Assembly: GCA_030390025.1 (NCBI GenBank)
Contig: CM059433.1
Location: 22,136,001-22,200,000, forward strand
Direction: 5' to 3'
DNA: 64,000 nt
Source of the DNA: Squalus acanthias
Lineage: Eukaryota
A program made the position numbers and the translations under genes. This document shows positions 38,155 through 50,756 of this stretch, piece by piece (the first letter of the stretch is position 1; the number at the start of each line of letters is the position of its first letter). A model generated the notes under the pieces. That model searched no databases. It was not told the DNA's origin and worked only from the letters and a program-made list of their open reading frames with translations.

Positions 38155-38451
38155 TCGTTAAACCAAGGTCCTGTCTGCTTTCTCAGGTGACATAAAAGAT
38201 CCCATGGCACCATTTCGAAGAAGAGTAAGGGAGTTATCCCCAGTGTCCTGGCCAATATTTATCCCTCAACCACCATAACAAAAACATTATCTGGTCATTA
38301 TCACATTGCTGCTTGTGGGAACTTGCTGTGCGCAAAATTGGTTGCCGCGTTTCCCACATTTACAACAGTGACTCCACTTCAAAAATACTTCATTGGCTGT
38401 AAAGCACTTTGAGATGTCCGGTGGTCATGATAAAAATGCAAGTCTTTCTTT
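38155..38451 (+). mobile_element. Deu-domain SINE, truncated, in the Myb intron
   Basis: Homologous to 10455-10781. Confidence 0.8.
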
Positions 38452-39868
38452 AACACTCAGTCATGTTGACTTGATGTCAACAGCAAGTGAATTATGATCA
38501 TGTTCATAATGATAACTTCCAAAACCTTGACAGTACTTATTCACGTGCTTTATCTCCCACAGGCCCCTCACGCATGCAACAGGAGTTGGTGGAGGTTGCT
38601 GACGGCGATTTCTCAGAGGAACTCAATTCCTCTGAGGGTGCACCATCACAGAACTTATGCGGACCATGCACCAGCTCAGATACTTGCAATTCGGTGGGAC
38701 CAGCAGGACAGATAGTTGGGTTTTCACCTGGTGACTCACACTTCACAAGTGAGAAAGAACCGATGGTGGAGTCCGGGATAACAGTGGAGAGTCCACGTTG
38801 GAGAGTGCAGACCTCTCCAAACTCTGCTCAGCAGGACACAGATGCTGTACCCCGGGGGCCGTTGATGAAGAGGAGAATCATTGAGCAGCAGCAGACAATG
38901 TGCGATACACTGACTGGCACTCCAAGCACATTGTCCATAATTGCAGAGAGATTGGAGGAGTCCGCCTCAAACATGAGTGGGTTCCTGTCGCAGGCCAGTG
39001 CGATGATGTTTTCTTCCATAGATAGAGTGGCCAACTGCATGGAGCATCAAACGCAGCAATCAAACGAGTTCATGCAGGCCTTGAACAAGGGCTTGCAGAC
39101 TCTGGATGCCAACTTATATAGGATGATCAATAACCTAGCCTTGGCCTTGCAGCGCCCCACTGATCTGCAGCAAAGTGTTCTCCAGCACAGTGCTCGCAGA
39201 GAAGTGCGGCTGGGCCATAAGAGGGATGATGGCGAAAGGGAACATGGAAGTGGAGACTCCACTTAAAGCGCTTCCACTTTTCAGCCGTTGCACACCCCAC
39301 CTCCCCCCACCACCCCAGCCAATCAGTACCCGACATGCTGCCTCATGTCCTGATGCCCAAGTCTGCCCCTGCACAGGTGCAGGTGGTGCAGTCATTTTCA
39401 GGCGCTCACGGGTTCCAAAACCCAGAGGACATCAGGCAAGAGCAGCTCAAAAGTCAGAGCAGGGATCTGAGCCGCCTGCCTCTACCTTTGCTGAAGCCAT
39501 AGGGGTTGCATCACGTAGAAGTGCAAGGAAAAGGAAGATTAACAATTTGTAGTTGCATAAGGGTCTGTACATGGGTGTCTTAGACATTGTTATCTTGTTA
39601 AGTTTCTGTTCTTTACTTGAAGCACATAAATATTATTTTTTTGCACCACTTTCCCATCTTGCCCATTTTTGGTTGCTGGTTGGCAAGTGGCCTTTTCAGT
39701 TGTTTGATGATGAATGGGAAGACGTGAACTGACAACGACCAATGGGAGGATGTGAAAAGGATGCTTGGTTGCTTGCAGCACTGCTTTGTGATAGTGGCAT
39801 TGTGGAGGGTGGGGCGGTGCGAAAAGTGGCTTTTGTATATGGCTGTTAGATGGGTGCGCTGGTAGAAC

Positions 39869-41057
39869 CTAAGTGAACCTTGCAATAATCAGGGCATCTC
39901 TGGCATCCCGGGAAGCAATGTGCATAGCTGGTGGTGCATTGCCCTCATCACCTTCCACCTCTTCATCTTCCTCCTCCTCCCCCTCCTCGTCTTCCTCCTC
40001 CTCCTCCTGCTCCTCGGAATCCTCCGAAGAGGCTCTGCGCTCTGTGCCTTGTTCCTCCTGCAGGTCCAAACCTCGCTGCTGGGCAATGTTGTGCAGAGCA
40101 CACCACGACCATTCTGGAGACCCTGGCTGGTGCGTACTGAACGGCACCTCCAAATCTGTCCAGACACCTGAAGCGCATCTTCAGCATGCTGATGGCTTGT
40201 TCGATGACACGTTTGGTGTTCATACGGCGCTCATTGTATCGCTCCTGGGCCTCATTCCTCAGGTTTCTGAGAGGAGTCATCAGCCACATTTTAAGTGAGT
40301 ATCCCTTGTCTCCTAGCAGCCAGCCAATAATTCTGCTTCCAGGTGCGAAGACGTCAGAGAGGTTGGACTGCCGCAGGACGAAAGCATCATGGCAGCTGCA
40401 TGGGAATCGTGCGCACACCTGCATAAATATCTTTTTGTGGTTACACACCAGCTGCACATTGATGGAGTGGAAGCCCTTGCGGTTGCCGAACATTCCTGGG
40501 TGATCTATGGGTGCCCGGATTACCACATGTGTGCAGTCGATGACGCCCCGCACCTGTTGGAAGCCAGCCAGAGCCACAAACCCGAGCGCCAGCTCATTCT
40601 TACTGGCGTCATCGCAGGCAAAACCGGCAAACAAGTCATCAGTCACCTGTCGTATTCATTTGTGTGCTGCCGACTGGGAGATCCTGCAAATGTCTCCGGT
40701 AATACCCTGGAAGTTGAGGGCGGTGGTGACTTTGACAGCCACTGGTAAAGCATGGCCACCAGGTCCAGCTGGCAGCAGGTCTTGTTCGAACAGGCTGCAA
40801 ATGTCTGCCACCACCTGAAGCGACACTCTGAGCTTCCTGACACATTGCTGTTCAGAGATGTCGAATAAGCTTATCCTCTGCCTGTATAGCCTGTGTGCCG
40901 GGTATGGCCTCCTGCGAGCTGCACCTCTCTGCTGCTCCCCTCTCTCCTGTGCAGCTACAGGACTGTGACCGGCAGGCTGCTGCTGGTGCTGTTGCTGGTG
41001 CTGGTTATCTTGGTCCTCATCTGAGGTCCAATCTGAGGCAGCATAAACAGCGCCCAT
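39869..41057 (-). pseudogene. HARBI1-like transposase, frameshifted
   Basis: MGAVYA...QQQ N-terminus; [47 protein letters not shown]; acidic tail ...LIIARFT*. Confidence 0.92.
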
Positions 41058-41130
41058 GCTGATCTGATAGATCAGAGCTCCAAAGTATAGTGCAAACCTC
41101 TGAAGTGTAAACCTCCAAAGTGTAGAAAGT

Positions 41131-41446
41131 AACATACGAACATACGAATTAGGAGCAGGAGTCGGCCACTCAGCCCTTCGAGCCTGCTCCGCCATTCAAT
41201 ACGATCATGGCTGATCTGATTCCTCCATATTCCCGCCTACCCCTGATAACTTTTCACCCCCTTGCTTACCAAGAATCTCTCTACCTCTGCCTTAAAAATA
41301 TTCAAAGACTCAGCTTCCACCGCCCTCTGAGGAAGAGTGTTCCAAAGACTCACGACCCTCTGCGAGAAAAAATTTCTCCTCATCTATGTCTTAAATGGGC
41401 GATCCCTTATTTTTAAACAGTGACCCCTAGTTCTAGATTCTCCCAC
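41131..41446 (-). mobile_element. CR1 3' end fragment
   Basis: (aacatacg) tail and aggagcaggagtcggccac CR1 3'UTR; agtaac repeated at both flanks. Confidence 0.8.
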
Positions 41447-41959
41447 AGTAACCTCTCAGCAAAAATACTGTGAACAAACCCTTTCCCACTAGCAGGTAAG
41501 AAAGCAGCTGTGAGTACTGAGTACTGAATATGTATTGCCATATTTGCCTGAGATTGATTCAGCCGGCTCAATTGCCGTTGTGTACTCGCCTTGCTTTCAC
41601 TGGCGAGTTTCAGGAACCCCAGGAAACCCGTGGCCCCGACGTTAAGCACAAAAATGTAGCTCAATATCACTCTAATTGAGTGATTTACCTATCCCGCCTC
41701 TCCCAAGGGGCTTGTATGCACGCAGCTGAACGTGTTCCAGTCAAATGCGGGTTGGAGCCGGCTTCCCGACGCGCTGACATTTTTGCCTTTTTTGGCTCCT
41801 CACCCGCATCCAAACCCATGCGCTCTTCCTGGTTAAAATTCCCCCCATAGTATGAGGGAAAGATATTGGGGCAGATCTACAACATTTCCGCCCGGGTGTA
41901 AAACTGGCATTGTTGATCGGCCGCCCCTTAGAGAAACCGCCCAAGTAATCTGATCCAGG

Positions 41960-43705
41960 TTTTTAAAATGTTAAAATAATTTGATAGGGTAGATATGGAA
42001 AAACTATTTTGTGGGGGGTGGTGGTTTGTGTCAGCTTCACCTCTGACTTCTGAGCGGTTCGAATCGCTCCCACTCCCTTGGTTCTAGACCCTGGACTTAT
42101 TTGGGGGTTGTGATGAAAAGTGCAGCAGACAACTGGGTTTGATGAAAGAACTTTGATCTTTATTAAAAAGGTAAAACACAAATAACAACACTCTTAACAC
42201 TCTAAAGGTGGGGAACACTTCGGTACAAGCGAGGGAAATGACAGTAGAACAATACTTCACTCCTCCCAACCCCACTTTACTAGCTAAGTTAGGTTTTGAA
42301 GGACCAAGGATAATGCTCACCAAACAAATCCTTGACAGTTGAGAGTTAGGGTTTATAGTCTTTTGAGTAAAAGGTTTCGTAAGGCCCTTGTTGCCGCGAG
42401 GTGTCCGATGGTCACTGAGGCGGTCACTCTGGTCTCTTGAACTGCTGGCCTTCTTTGTTGTGAACTGTCTTCTTCAGAGCTGTGGAACTGCCTTCTTGCA
42501 GAACTGTGGAAACTGCCTTCTGCCTGCTTGTTGAACTCCTTGCTGCTGTGTAACTCTACTGGAGAACTCGAACTTGAACTGTTGTGCTGGAGAACTGGAG
42601 AACTCCCTTCTTACTGAACTGTCTTCTTTAACTGCCCAACTTGCTTCTCCTGAACTCTGTAACTCCAGCACTGACTTCTGCTGAAAACAGGCTTTCAATT
42701 GAACTCGAAACGGCAGAACTGCCTTCTGTTGAACTTGAACTGTTGTACCTGCTGAACTGACTTCTTGAGAAAATAGCCTTTCAATTATACTAATTGAAGC
42801 TTCCTTATCTGTGCATTGTAAGATTTTGGAGGCCTCGTCAACAGTAACGACTTTACTAGCGTGTTAACTGGTTTTTGGGATGGCTTGCGTCCTGTCGATC
42901 TCCTTGGTTGATTACAGTTTGTAAATGAATGAAGTGGTTTTCGGGATGGCTTCATCCTGTCGATTTGTTTGCTTAATTGTAGTTTGAATTGTCCTCATGT
43001 TTTGGGTTTCTTGACTGGGCCTAGGACTTCTATAGAGTATCTGTTTTATGCATGTCTTTAATGGGTTCTGTAAATTGGGGTGGGGACTGCTCTTCCGTGG
43101 GTCTATTGTTAAAATGTTAATGTCTGCTGGGGCTTGAGTGAGGTCATCCCGGTTCCGCAGACAATGTAATTAACTCCAATTTCCAAAACTGCTTTTACAG
43201 AGGTCGACCCCACCTTCCTTCACAGCCTTTTCTCCCTTACAAGTCCAGACATGTCTTTTAAAAATGCCAAAACTTGGTTTTTGGTCTTAAATTCCTTAGG
43301 TTAGGCCCAAATGCATTTTTATCACTCTGAGGTAGTTCCAAAGTCCTTTTTCCTTAGGTTTTTGGGGATCTGCAAATTTTGGAAACCTTACATTTATTCT
43401 GGTGGGGGAGCCGAGAACAAGAGAACATAACCTTAAAATTAGAGTGAGGCCATTCAGGAGCGAATTCAGGAAACACTTTTTCACACCAAGGGCAGTAAAA
43501 ACCTAGAATTCTGTCCCCAAAAGGCGGAGGCTGCTGGGACAATTGGAGCTTTCAAGACTGAGGTAGATAGATTTTTATCAGGTAAGGGTATCAAGGAATA
43601 TGGAGCAAAGGCGGGAAAACGGAGTTGAGGTGCAGATCAGCCATGATGTAATTGAATGTCGGAGCAGGCCGAGGAGTTTAATGGCCTACTCCTGTTCCTA
43701 TGTTC
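41960..43705 (+). mobile_element. CR1 3' fragment split by the 42010-43392 insertion
   Basis: gatagggtagatatggaaaaactattt|ttattctggtgggggag rejoins the CR1 consensus; 3'UTR ends cctactcctgttcctatgttc. Confidence 0.75.
42010..43392 (-). mobile_element. Probable solo LTR (~1.38 kb)
   Basis: TG...CA termini; interrupts CR1; AATAAA on - (tttatt ~42160); internal gaactg-type tandem repeats 42440-42770; TSD imperfect. Confidence 0.55.
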
Positions 43706-44189
43706 AGTTACATTGATTTTAATGGAAATAAAAATGGGGCAAAATCTACAACAGGTGACCAATCTGCAATGGCAATTTTACCCCCGGCTTCAAATTAAAC
43801 ACAGTGGCCTAGATTTTCCGCTCTGAATGCCAGCAGAAGTGCAGTGGGATGGGACTGTCGCCCACTGCAAGGATGTGTCCCTAACCCCAGTTGTGCTTAA
43901 TGTGCACTCTTTGCATGTCAGAAACATGTAATGGGGTCTTGGGTGCAGAGATCAGTGCGCCTGATTTGTGGCCCGCATGATTTTCCACCTATTAATCTTA
44001 ATAGACAGGAAATCGTGCAGGTCGCAAACCTAGGCAGATAGATTCCCGAATTGTTCTCTCATCCCGTTAGCTCTATCCAGGCACTTGAAGATATGGAAGC
44101 CCCACTCTACTGCCAAGAAGTGCAGTGGAGCAGAATTTCTGTGCACTCATTTAGCCAAATCTCAGGACGGAGTTATTTGAATTATAGGA

Positions 44190-45300
44190 GTGGATTACGT
44201 CAGTAATGGGGCACTGCCCCAAGGAGCCAGCAGGAGCTTGGAGTGCCTTGCCACTCTGTCAGCGAGGCAAAGAGTGGGCTGGACTAAGTGCCGCAAGTCA
44301 AAAATGGTCAATGATCCTTGGTCCTTCACTGGTCTGCTGCTATCTAAAGGGCAATCAATCTCGATTAGTTCGATTGCTGTTTGGATACAACATTGTGGGG
44401 CCCCCACTTACAACGCTTGCACAACATGTACATTTCCTTAAAGCAGGAGAACCTACTGCTGCTCATGCAACAGGCAGAACTGGTGGGATTCCTGTGGAAG
44501 CAAAGCATTCTGTCAGTCCTGCCTACAAAAGTTATATTGTGATAGAGGGGGCATGGGCGGAGGAAGCACTCGCCACACTCCACCAGAATTACTCATTGAG
44601 GTCAGAAAAGAGTGGAAACCTGTTGGTAAAGGGTTCTGCCTCAAATTCTTCCTTCCTGTACCAAAAACAGCACAGAATTTCTAGGCTAGTGTGTTTAAGT
44701 TATGTATTGTCTGCCATACTAAGCGACTAGTAAGGTAGTAATTTTCCTGTTTGAAGTTAAATGTTGTGTCAGACATTACCATGTGTAAATATGTTGTACA
44801 ATGAAGTAGTCCAAGTTATACACCACATGTTGAGTTAATTCAAAGGCCAAGCTCATGTTCCTTTTGCTTCTGATGTCTTGCACCACACGCACTGACATCA
44901 GTATTATTCCCTTTGCCTGGGAGACAGGTTGAGGATAGACATGAACACAAGGTGAAGGCATAAGCAACCATGTGTAAAGAGATTTGAGTAAGATGTTAAC
45001 ACTTAAGGACTGTGGTGGAGCTTGATGAGACAAGCTTGAGTGTAGGTAATGATAAAGGTACACACAGCATGGTATGGTAGAGTGGTTGGAAGCACAGCAT
45101 GTGGCTGGCGCTGAAAGCCAAGTGAATAACCTACTTTGTTTTGAACAAGTTGTTTTGCTTGTTCAACAGTTATGTCCTGCAGGCTACCTAAGGTTGGCGA
45201 GTGCAGGGCAAAGGTTATGGTAAGCATGAAAATGAAGTGTGCAACTGTTCTGGAACATCTTCTCTACAACATTTATGTTGTCATGCCTTGAACATCTTCA
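44190..45300. pseudogene. Very old Harbinger remnant (transposase C-half on +, possible Myb exon on -)
   Basis: FTGLLLSKG resembles GWLLGDKG; EAKHSVSPAYKSYIVIEGAW resembles EAERRYN.AH...VIERAF. A similar Myb-like piece is repeated at ~47190-47280. Confidence 0.35.
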
Positions 45301-46024
45301 TTGACACACAAGTGAGCAGTAATTTGATGCTGATAGTGAAAATCATATGAGCAGAAAATTAAGCAATTTAAAAGTTTTTTTTGATGCAGCCCAGAAGACT
45401 GTGCCAATAATCTTCAGCCCCCTCAACAGGATGCCCATTTCAAAAGTTTAATATTGAGGTAGCGGACTCTGAACAGCACTGATCAAGTTTAAGGATGCAG
45501 TTTAACACTAATAATGAGAAGCCATTATATCTGTTGTCGAATTGTAGATGATATGTGGTGCATATCCAATCTGCTTGATTGAAGAGACCTAAGCTTTGAT
45601 TTTACTCAGGGCGGGAGTGCGGAGTGCGGAGGACATGGCGGCAAAGAACTCATTTAAGTTTGGCAACGCTGACTCCCGCTCAAAGCGGCAGGAATGATGT
45701 GGAGGCTGGCAGGCAGGAGCGGGATTTCAGGCAGCAGGAGACCTGAGGGAACGGTCCCTGGCAGTCAGGTATTCTATCAAACGGGGGAGGGGAGGGGGGG
45801 GAGGGGTCCAAAGGGTTTCGCAGTCAGGCGAAGGGGGGGGGAATACTGGGCCAAAGGAAGCCTAAGGTTTCCTTGTGGGGCTAGATGTGGCACTACTGCT
45901 CCTCTTAGCCTCACTAGAAATTGTTAAAAAAATGTAAAAATGAATTGCCTGTGCCTCTTCTGTCCCCGGTTCTGCTTTCCGCCATGATTTGCGCATTAAC
46001 GCAGAACACTGGGGTCTGAATTAC

Positions 46025-46925
46025 ACATAGGAACATATAGGGACATAGGAACAGGAGTAGGCCATTTAGCCCCTCGAGCCTGCTCCGCCATTCAATGAGA
46101 TCATGGCTGATCTGTGACCTAACTCCATATACCCTCCTTTGCCCCATATCCCTTAACACCTTTGGTTAACAAAAAGCTATCAATCTCAGATTTAAAATTA
46201 ACAATTGACCCAGCATCAATTGCCATTTGCAGAAGAGGGTTCCAAACTTCTAGCGCTCTTTGTGTGTAGAAGTGTTTCCTAATTTCACTCCTGAAAGGTC
46301 TGGCTCTAATTTTTAGATGATGCTCCCTAGTCCTAGACTCCCCAACCAGCAGAAATAGTTTCTCTCTATCTACCCAATCAGTTCCCCTTAATATCTTGAA
46401 AACTTCGATCAGATCGACCCCTTAACCTTCTAAATTCTAGGGAATGCAACCCTAATTTGTATAATCTCACCTCGTAATTTAACCCCTGGAATCCGGGTAT
46501 CATTCTAGTAAACCTACGCTGCACTCCCTCCAAGGCCAATATATCCTTCCGAAGGTGTGGTGCCCAGAACTGCTCACAGTACTCCAGGTGTGGTCGAGGT
46601 GTGGTCTAACCAGGGCTTTGTATAGCTGTAGCATAACTTTTATCCCCTTTGTATTCTAGTCCTCTAGATATAAAGGCCATCATTCCATTTGATTTTTTGA
46701 TTATTTTCCATACCTGTTCATGACATTTTAATGATCTATGTACCTGGACCCCCAAGTCTCTTTGGACCTCCACTGTTTTTAACTTTTCACCATTTAGATC
46801 TATTCGTTTTAGGTCCAAAGTGGATGACCTCATATTTGCCTGCGTTGAAATCCTTTTACCACAGTTTTGCCCATTCAATTAATCTATCAATATCTCTTTA
46901 TAATTTTATGCTTTCATCTACACTG
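46025..46925 (-). mobile_element. CR1 3' fragment inserted in a Harbinger-type MITE (~45590-47063)
   Basis: QRDLGVQVHRSLK...FISRGLEYK; CR1 3'UTR and tail. Confidence 0.85.
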
Positions 46926-48494
46926 AATATTTCTGAGGCTCTCACCAGCCTATGGCGGGCACCTGCCCCGTGACTCAAATTGGCAGAGTTAAAATGGCAG
47001 CAGACACCATTTAACCCCCATCTGCACCATTCACGCTGGGCAGATGGGGTTAAAATTGGGGGTCTGGATAATATTGGAGGCTATGATCAACCTGAATGTC
47101 TTAGAAAAGAGAGACATTCACATTAGCAAACTAGTAGCATTTAAGAAATGTGTTGCGTGTTGTGCACATGTAAGTTATTTAATGCACATTATGTTAATTC
47201 AAAGATCATCCTGCTTCTGAAGTCCCACATGCACTGACATGAGGATTGTTCCCTTTGCCTGGAAGACAATTTGAGAATATGTAGCAATATAAGGTCATAT
47301 TAGTAAAGGCAGAAAAAGAGGTGTCCAGAACCCACAGCTGAAACAGGCATTAGGCCCATTGCGTATCTCATAGGGACTGTTGGAGGCCGCCAACTTTAAG
47401 GTAAGCTTAAAAAAAATACTTATCTGAATGTGGAGCCAGGAGGTGCAGAAATGCTCCTCCCGACTGCACTGCAGTGCCAAAGACTGTTGCTGGCCCTAGC
47501 TTAGTCCTCTCCCGATCGCCGTCCTCCCTCAAGACTGCCCTCTCCCTCCCAATCGCCCCCCTCTGCCGATCGCTTCCCCCCACCCCCTCCCAGGACCTAA
47601 CTGAGGGCTGCTGCCAGCAATGCAGCAGCTCAAAATTGAAATCCTCTTCACCGGCAAGGGGCCTGGGGACACCCACCAGGCATCTGCAGCTTGCTGATCT
47701 CATGTATATGAGTCCCAAGGCCCAATATCAGGTGGGCCTCGGGCCTACCTGTTTCAGCCTGTTGGTGCGAACCAATTTCTGGGCCGTAATGTCAAGAGCT
47801 GAAAGTGAAATGGCGCACACATTTATCTTTGTATCATTAATGTTCTCTATCAACTCCTACAAGCACACTAGGACCGAAGGGAAAGGAGAGATACCCAAAT
47901 TATAAATTTTAGTTTAGACAACATATTCTAAATATCAACTGTAAAAATACTAATAATTTGCAATGTGCTAAAACTAGAATTTACAATGAATATACAGTTA
48001 TAAAACTAATGCCTCTAACTATAATAGATTGTGTTAAAATCCGTGGCAACACCATCACCGCAATGTCTGCACCAGTTCAACCACCAGCTTCTCGGGGCAA
48101 TTAGGAATGGGCAATACATGCAACCATGCCAACAAATTAAAATAAAATGAAAGTCTTGTGTAAAGTTCGCACTTCATTTAACTTATTCTCCGACTCACCT
48201 TGAACAATGATGTGGAAGATCTTCTAGTATGTATAGAAAAGTCTTGCATCTAGTACACATTTATCACATTCCACACATTGTATTTTGCTACAGATGCAAA
48301 ACGATGTTAGGGAAATAAAAGAAAAGCCTGGATCCTCAACAAATACTTTTTAATTTGCAAAATCTCCTAACCAAACAACAATTATATTTTAACAGACTGA
48401 GGCTGGATTCTTAACAACAAATAAAGTTTGTGCTCTTAAGAGGACGCTATTTCACCTTCACAGCAGAATAATCATCTTGCATTACATGACTTGA

Positions 48495-48692
48495 ACCTTC
48501 CCTCCATCATAAGGTCAGAAGTGGAGATGTTCGCTGATGATTGCACAGTGTTCAGTTCCATTCACAATTCCTCAGATAATGAAACAGTCCGTGTCCGCAT
48601 CCAGCAAGACCTGGACGGCATGTAGGCTTGGGCTAATAAATGGCAAGTAACATTCACACCACACAAGTACCAGGCAATGACCATATCCAACA
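48495..48692 (+). mobile_element. Non-LTR retrotransposon RT fragment
   Basis: LPSIIRSEVEMFADDCTVF...QQDL...WANKWQVTF; probably the same family as 61003-61311. Confidence 0.7.
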
Positions 48693-49252
48693 ATGCGGAG
48701 ATGCCAGTGTTGGACTGGGGTGGACAAAAGTGAGAAGTCGCACAACACCAGGTTATAGTCCAACAGTTTTATTTGAAATCACAAGCTTTCGGAGCTGCTG
48801 CCCCTTCGTCAGGTGAAGTGAAGGAATACGAATCGGCAAAGCATATATAGACAGGGAACAATGCCTGTGCAGAGTACAATGTCAGACGACTACAGTTAAT
48901 CTTGCTGACTGCCTTTTATCACACCTCGGCAGAGAAACAATCAGGTCAGGAAGGCATTATATCAAAGACATAGCAAGATACAGCTAAGACAATGAGGTGG
49001 GGTTACAGGGGGTCTAATGCGTCAAATGCAGTCTGTAAAAAAACCATAAACTTTAAAATGTTAACTTTTTTTTAACTGGAAATCACATCTGTGAACAAGC
49101 CAACGACGACTCGAGTCTGGATGACTCTACGTCATGTAGCGTGACATGAACCCAAGATCGAGACACACGACAACGCAAAATCATCGAGCAGAAACTGATA
49201 GCCAAGTTACGCACCCATGAGGACGGCCTCAACCGGGATCTTGGGTTCATGT
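48693..49252 (-). mobile_element. Penelope 3' region with inverted 5' segment
   Basis: pLTR on - (same family as 37722). 49160-49252 on + encodes RKIIEQKLIAKLRTHEDGLNRDLGFM; 49135-49159 is the reverse complement of its end. Confidence 0.8.
48779..48816 (-). ncRNA. Minimal type I hammerhead ribozyme motif (Penelope-associated)
   Basis: UCAC-CUGACGA-A-GGGGC-AGCA-GCUCC-GAAA-GC-UU-GUGA: intact core, stems I and II, palindromic AAGCUU stem III. Confidence 0.65.
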
Positions 49253-49760
49253 AGGACAGTCAGCCCAGGACATCTTTTATTTGTTCATCAAGTGATAGCT
49301 GAATATTATTTCATGTGTGTATATTGGCTTCTGTAATTGTGCAGAGGGCTGTAACATGTGCATTCTCTGGAGCAAATCTATGTCCATTCAAGGATAGCGG
49401 AACCGGATTAACCTGGCGTCCTTACAGTCTGTCGATTGTCACTAAATGTGATGTAAACAATGACCAGAGCACACAGCACTTTCTTTTCGCACCTTTATCA
49501 GAACATTGCAGTCAATATTCGGGCTGTAATTCATTGCAGAAGCCAAGTTATGCTGTCAAACTGTGTTACAAGCCGATTACTTCTTTGTTTCTATTGAGCA
49601 CGAGCTGTAAATTCACACTTTCCAGCTCCATTCGGGGAAGGATCAGGCTTGGCTAATGCTATCTTAAAGCCCTTGAATCAAAACAATTACTGCTCGGCTA
49701 ACCTGTTACACTGTACAGTGGCACAATCAACACCTGGGCTTAACAGTCAGGAAGCCAGCA

Positions 49761-50520
49761 GGGCCTGGAGTTTCCGCTAGGTTGAGCTGATTTTTTCAGA
49801 ACAATCCGCCCGAAATCGGCCAAACCAACGCAAAAGATTACGGAATTTTAAGCGCAAATGACATTCAGCGCAAATCAGGATTCTGCAATCTTTCGCGCTC
49901 GGTTAAAAGACATCGCGCTGGAAGACGGCCCCGCCCAAAAAACTGACCACGCCTCCAGATTGAACTAATCGTCATTGGGAGTTTCCGCTAATTGTGCCCT
50001 TTTGTGGGCCTTTGAGGAGGCTCTTAAACTAAAGCTGGTTCTTTTAGGCGCAAGGACACTAATAGGCACCTTTTAAAAGCTTTCAAATATGATTTTTTTT
50101 AATTTACTAAGAAACTGGTATAACTATACACTTATAGTTATACACCAATATAACTAGCAAATAGTTCTGTATAGTTTTTTAAAGTCATATTCAGTGGTTT
50201 AAAATTGGGTTAATCACAGGTGGTGGACTAGACAATCTGATTAAAAATATTTATTTTTTGTGATAAGCCCATTTTCAGCTCGACTAATCAAAGTTACCAC
50301 TCTTCAATATATCACGGAATATTTTTAATGCAAATTTTTTTTTTAATACATTCTCGGACACTGCCCGATTGCGCTGGTTCACGGCAGATTTTAATTTTGT
50401 TGATATGCAAATGAGTTTGAGCGGAGACTTAAGAAAAAAACACTTCTCAAAACTGGCGCAATTTTGAGTGCAATTTGCGCCCGGATCGCCGATTGCCCCC
50501 AAAGCGGAAACCCTTGGCCC
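49761..50520. mobile_element. Harbinger-type MITE
   Basis: TIR GGGCCTGGAGTTTCCGCT / AGCGGAAACCCTTGGCCC; AT-rich core. Confidence 0.7.
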
Positions 50521-50756
50521 AGATATTGAAGCTGAAATTTCAGCTTGACACACAAATCCTTCAAGGTGCATGCAAATTCCAACAATATTCACCTATATTT
50601 TGCCCATGATAATTTTATATATTAAAATCACACAGTTTTCGGGCCCATGGAAACGTGATTAATTTAGGTAAAGGTATCTATACTCACTTTCTGGATTCAT
50701 GGGGAAATCTACACCGGCAATTAACATTTCCATTGTAAAATACACAAAGAGACAGA

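Larger units (their letters stand above)
37212..39552 (+). pseudogene. Harbinger Myb/SANT-like gene; exons ~37212-37448, 37947-38106, 38563-39552
   Basis: PRSWMQCRMRFNDL; AAG|gtgagt donor; ttgcag|GAGAAG and cccacag|G acceptors; C-terminal basic motif RRSARKRK; stop at 39264. Confidence 0.8.
36946..41846. mobile_element. Full-structure Harbinger transposon (Myb on +, transposase on -)
   Basis: Imperfect TIR GGACCCGATCTTAAC / GTTAAAATTCCCCCC; flanks ACA/ATA. Confidence 0.8.

Noticed and set aside
42440..42770. CRISPR-like array
   Set aside because: Eukaryotic context; irregular degenerate tandem repeats without unique fixed-length spacers.
48193..48290. Minus-strand exon with strong AAG|GTGAGT donor
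   Set aside because: All three frames from the best acceptor contain stops; no recognisable product.
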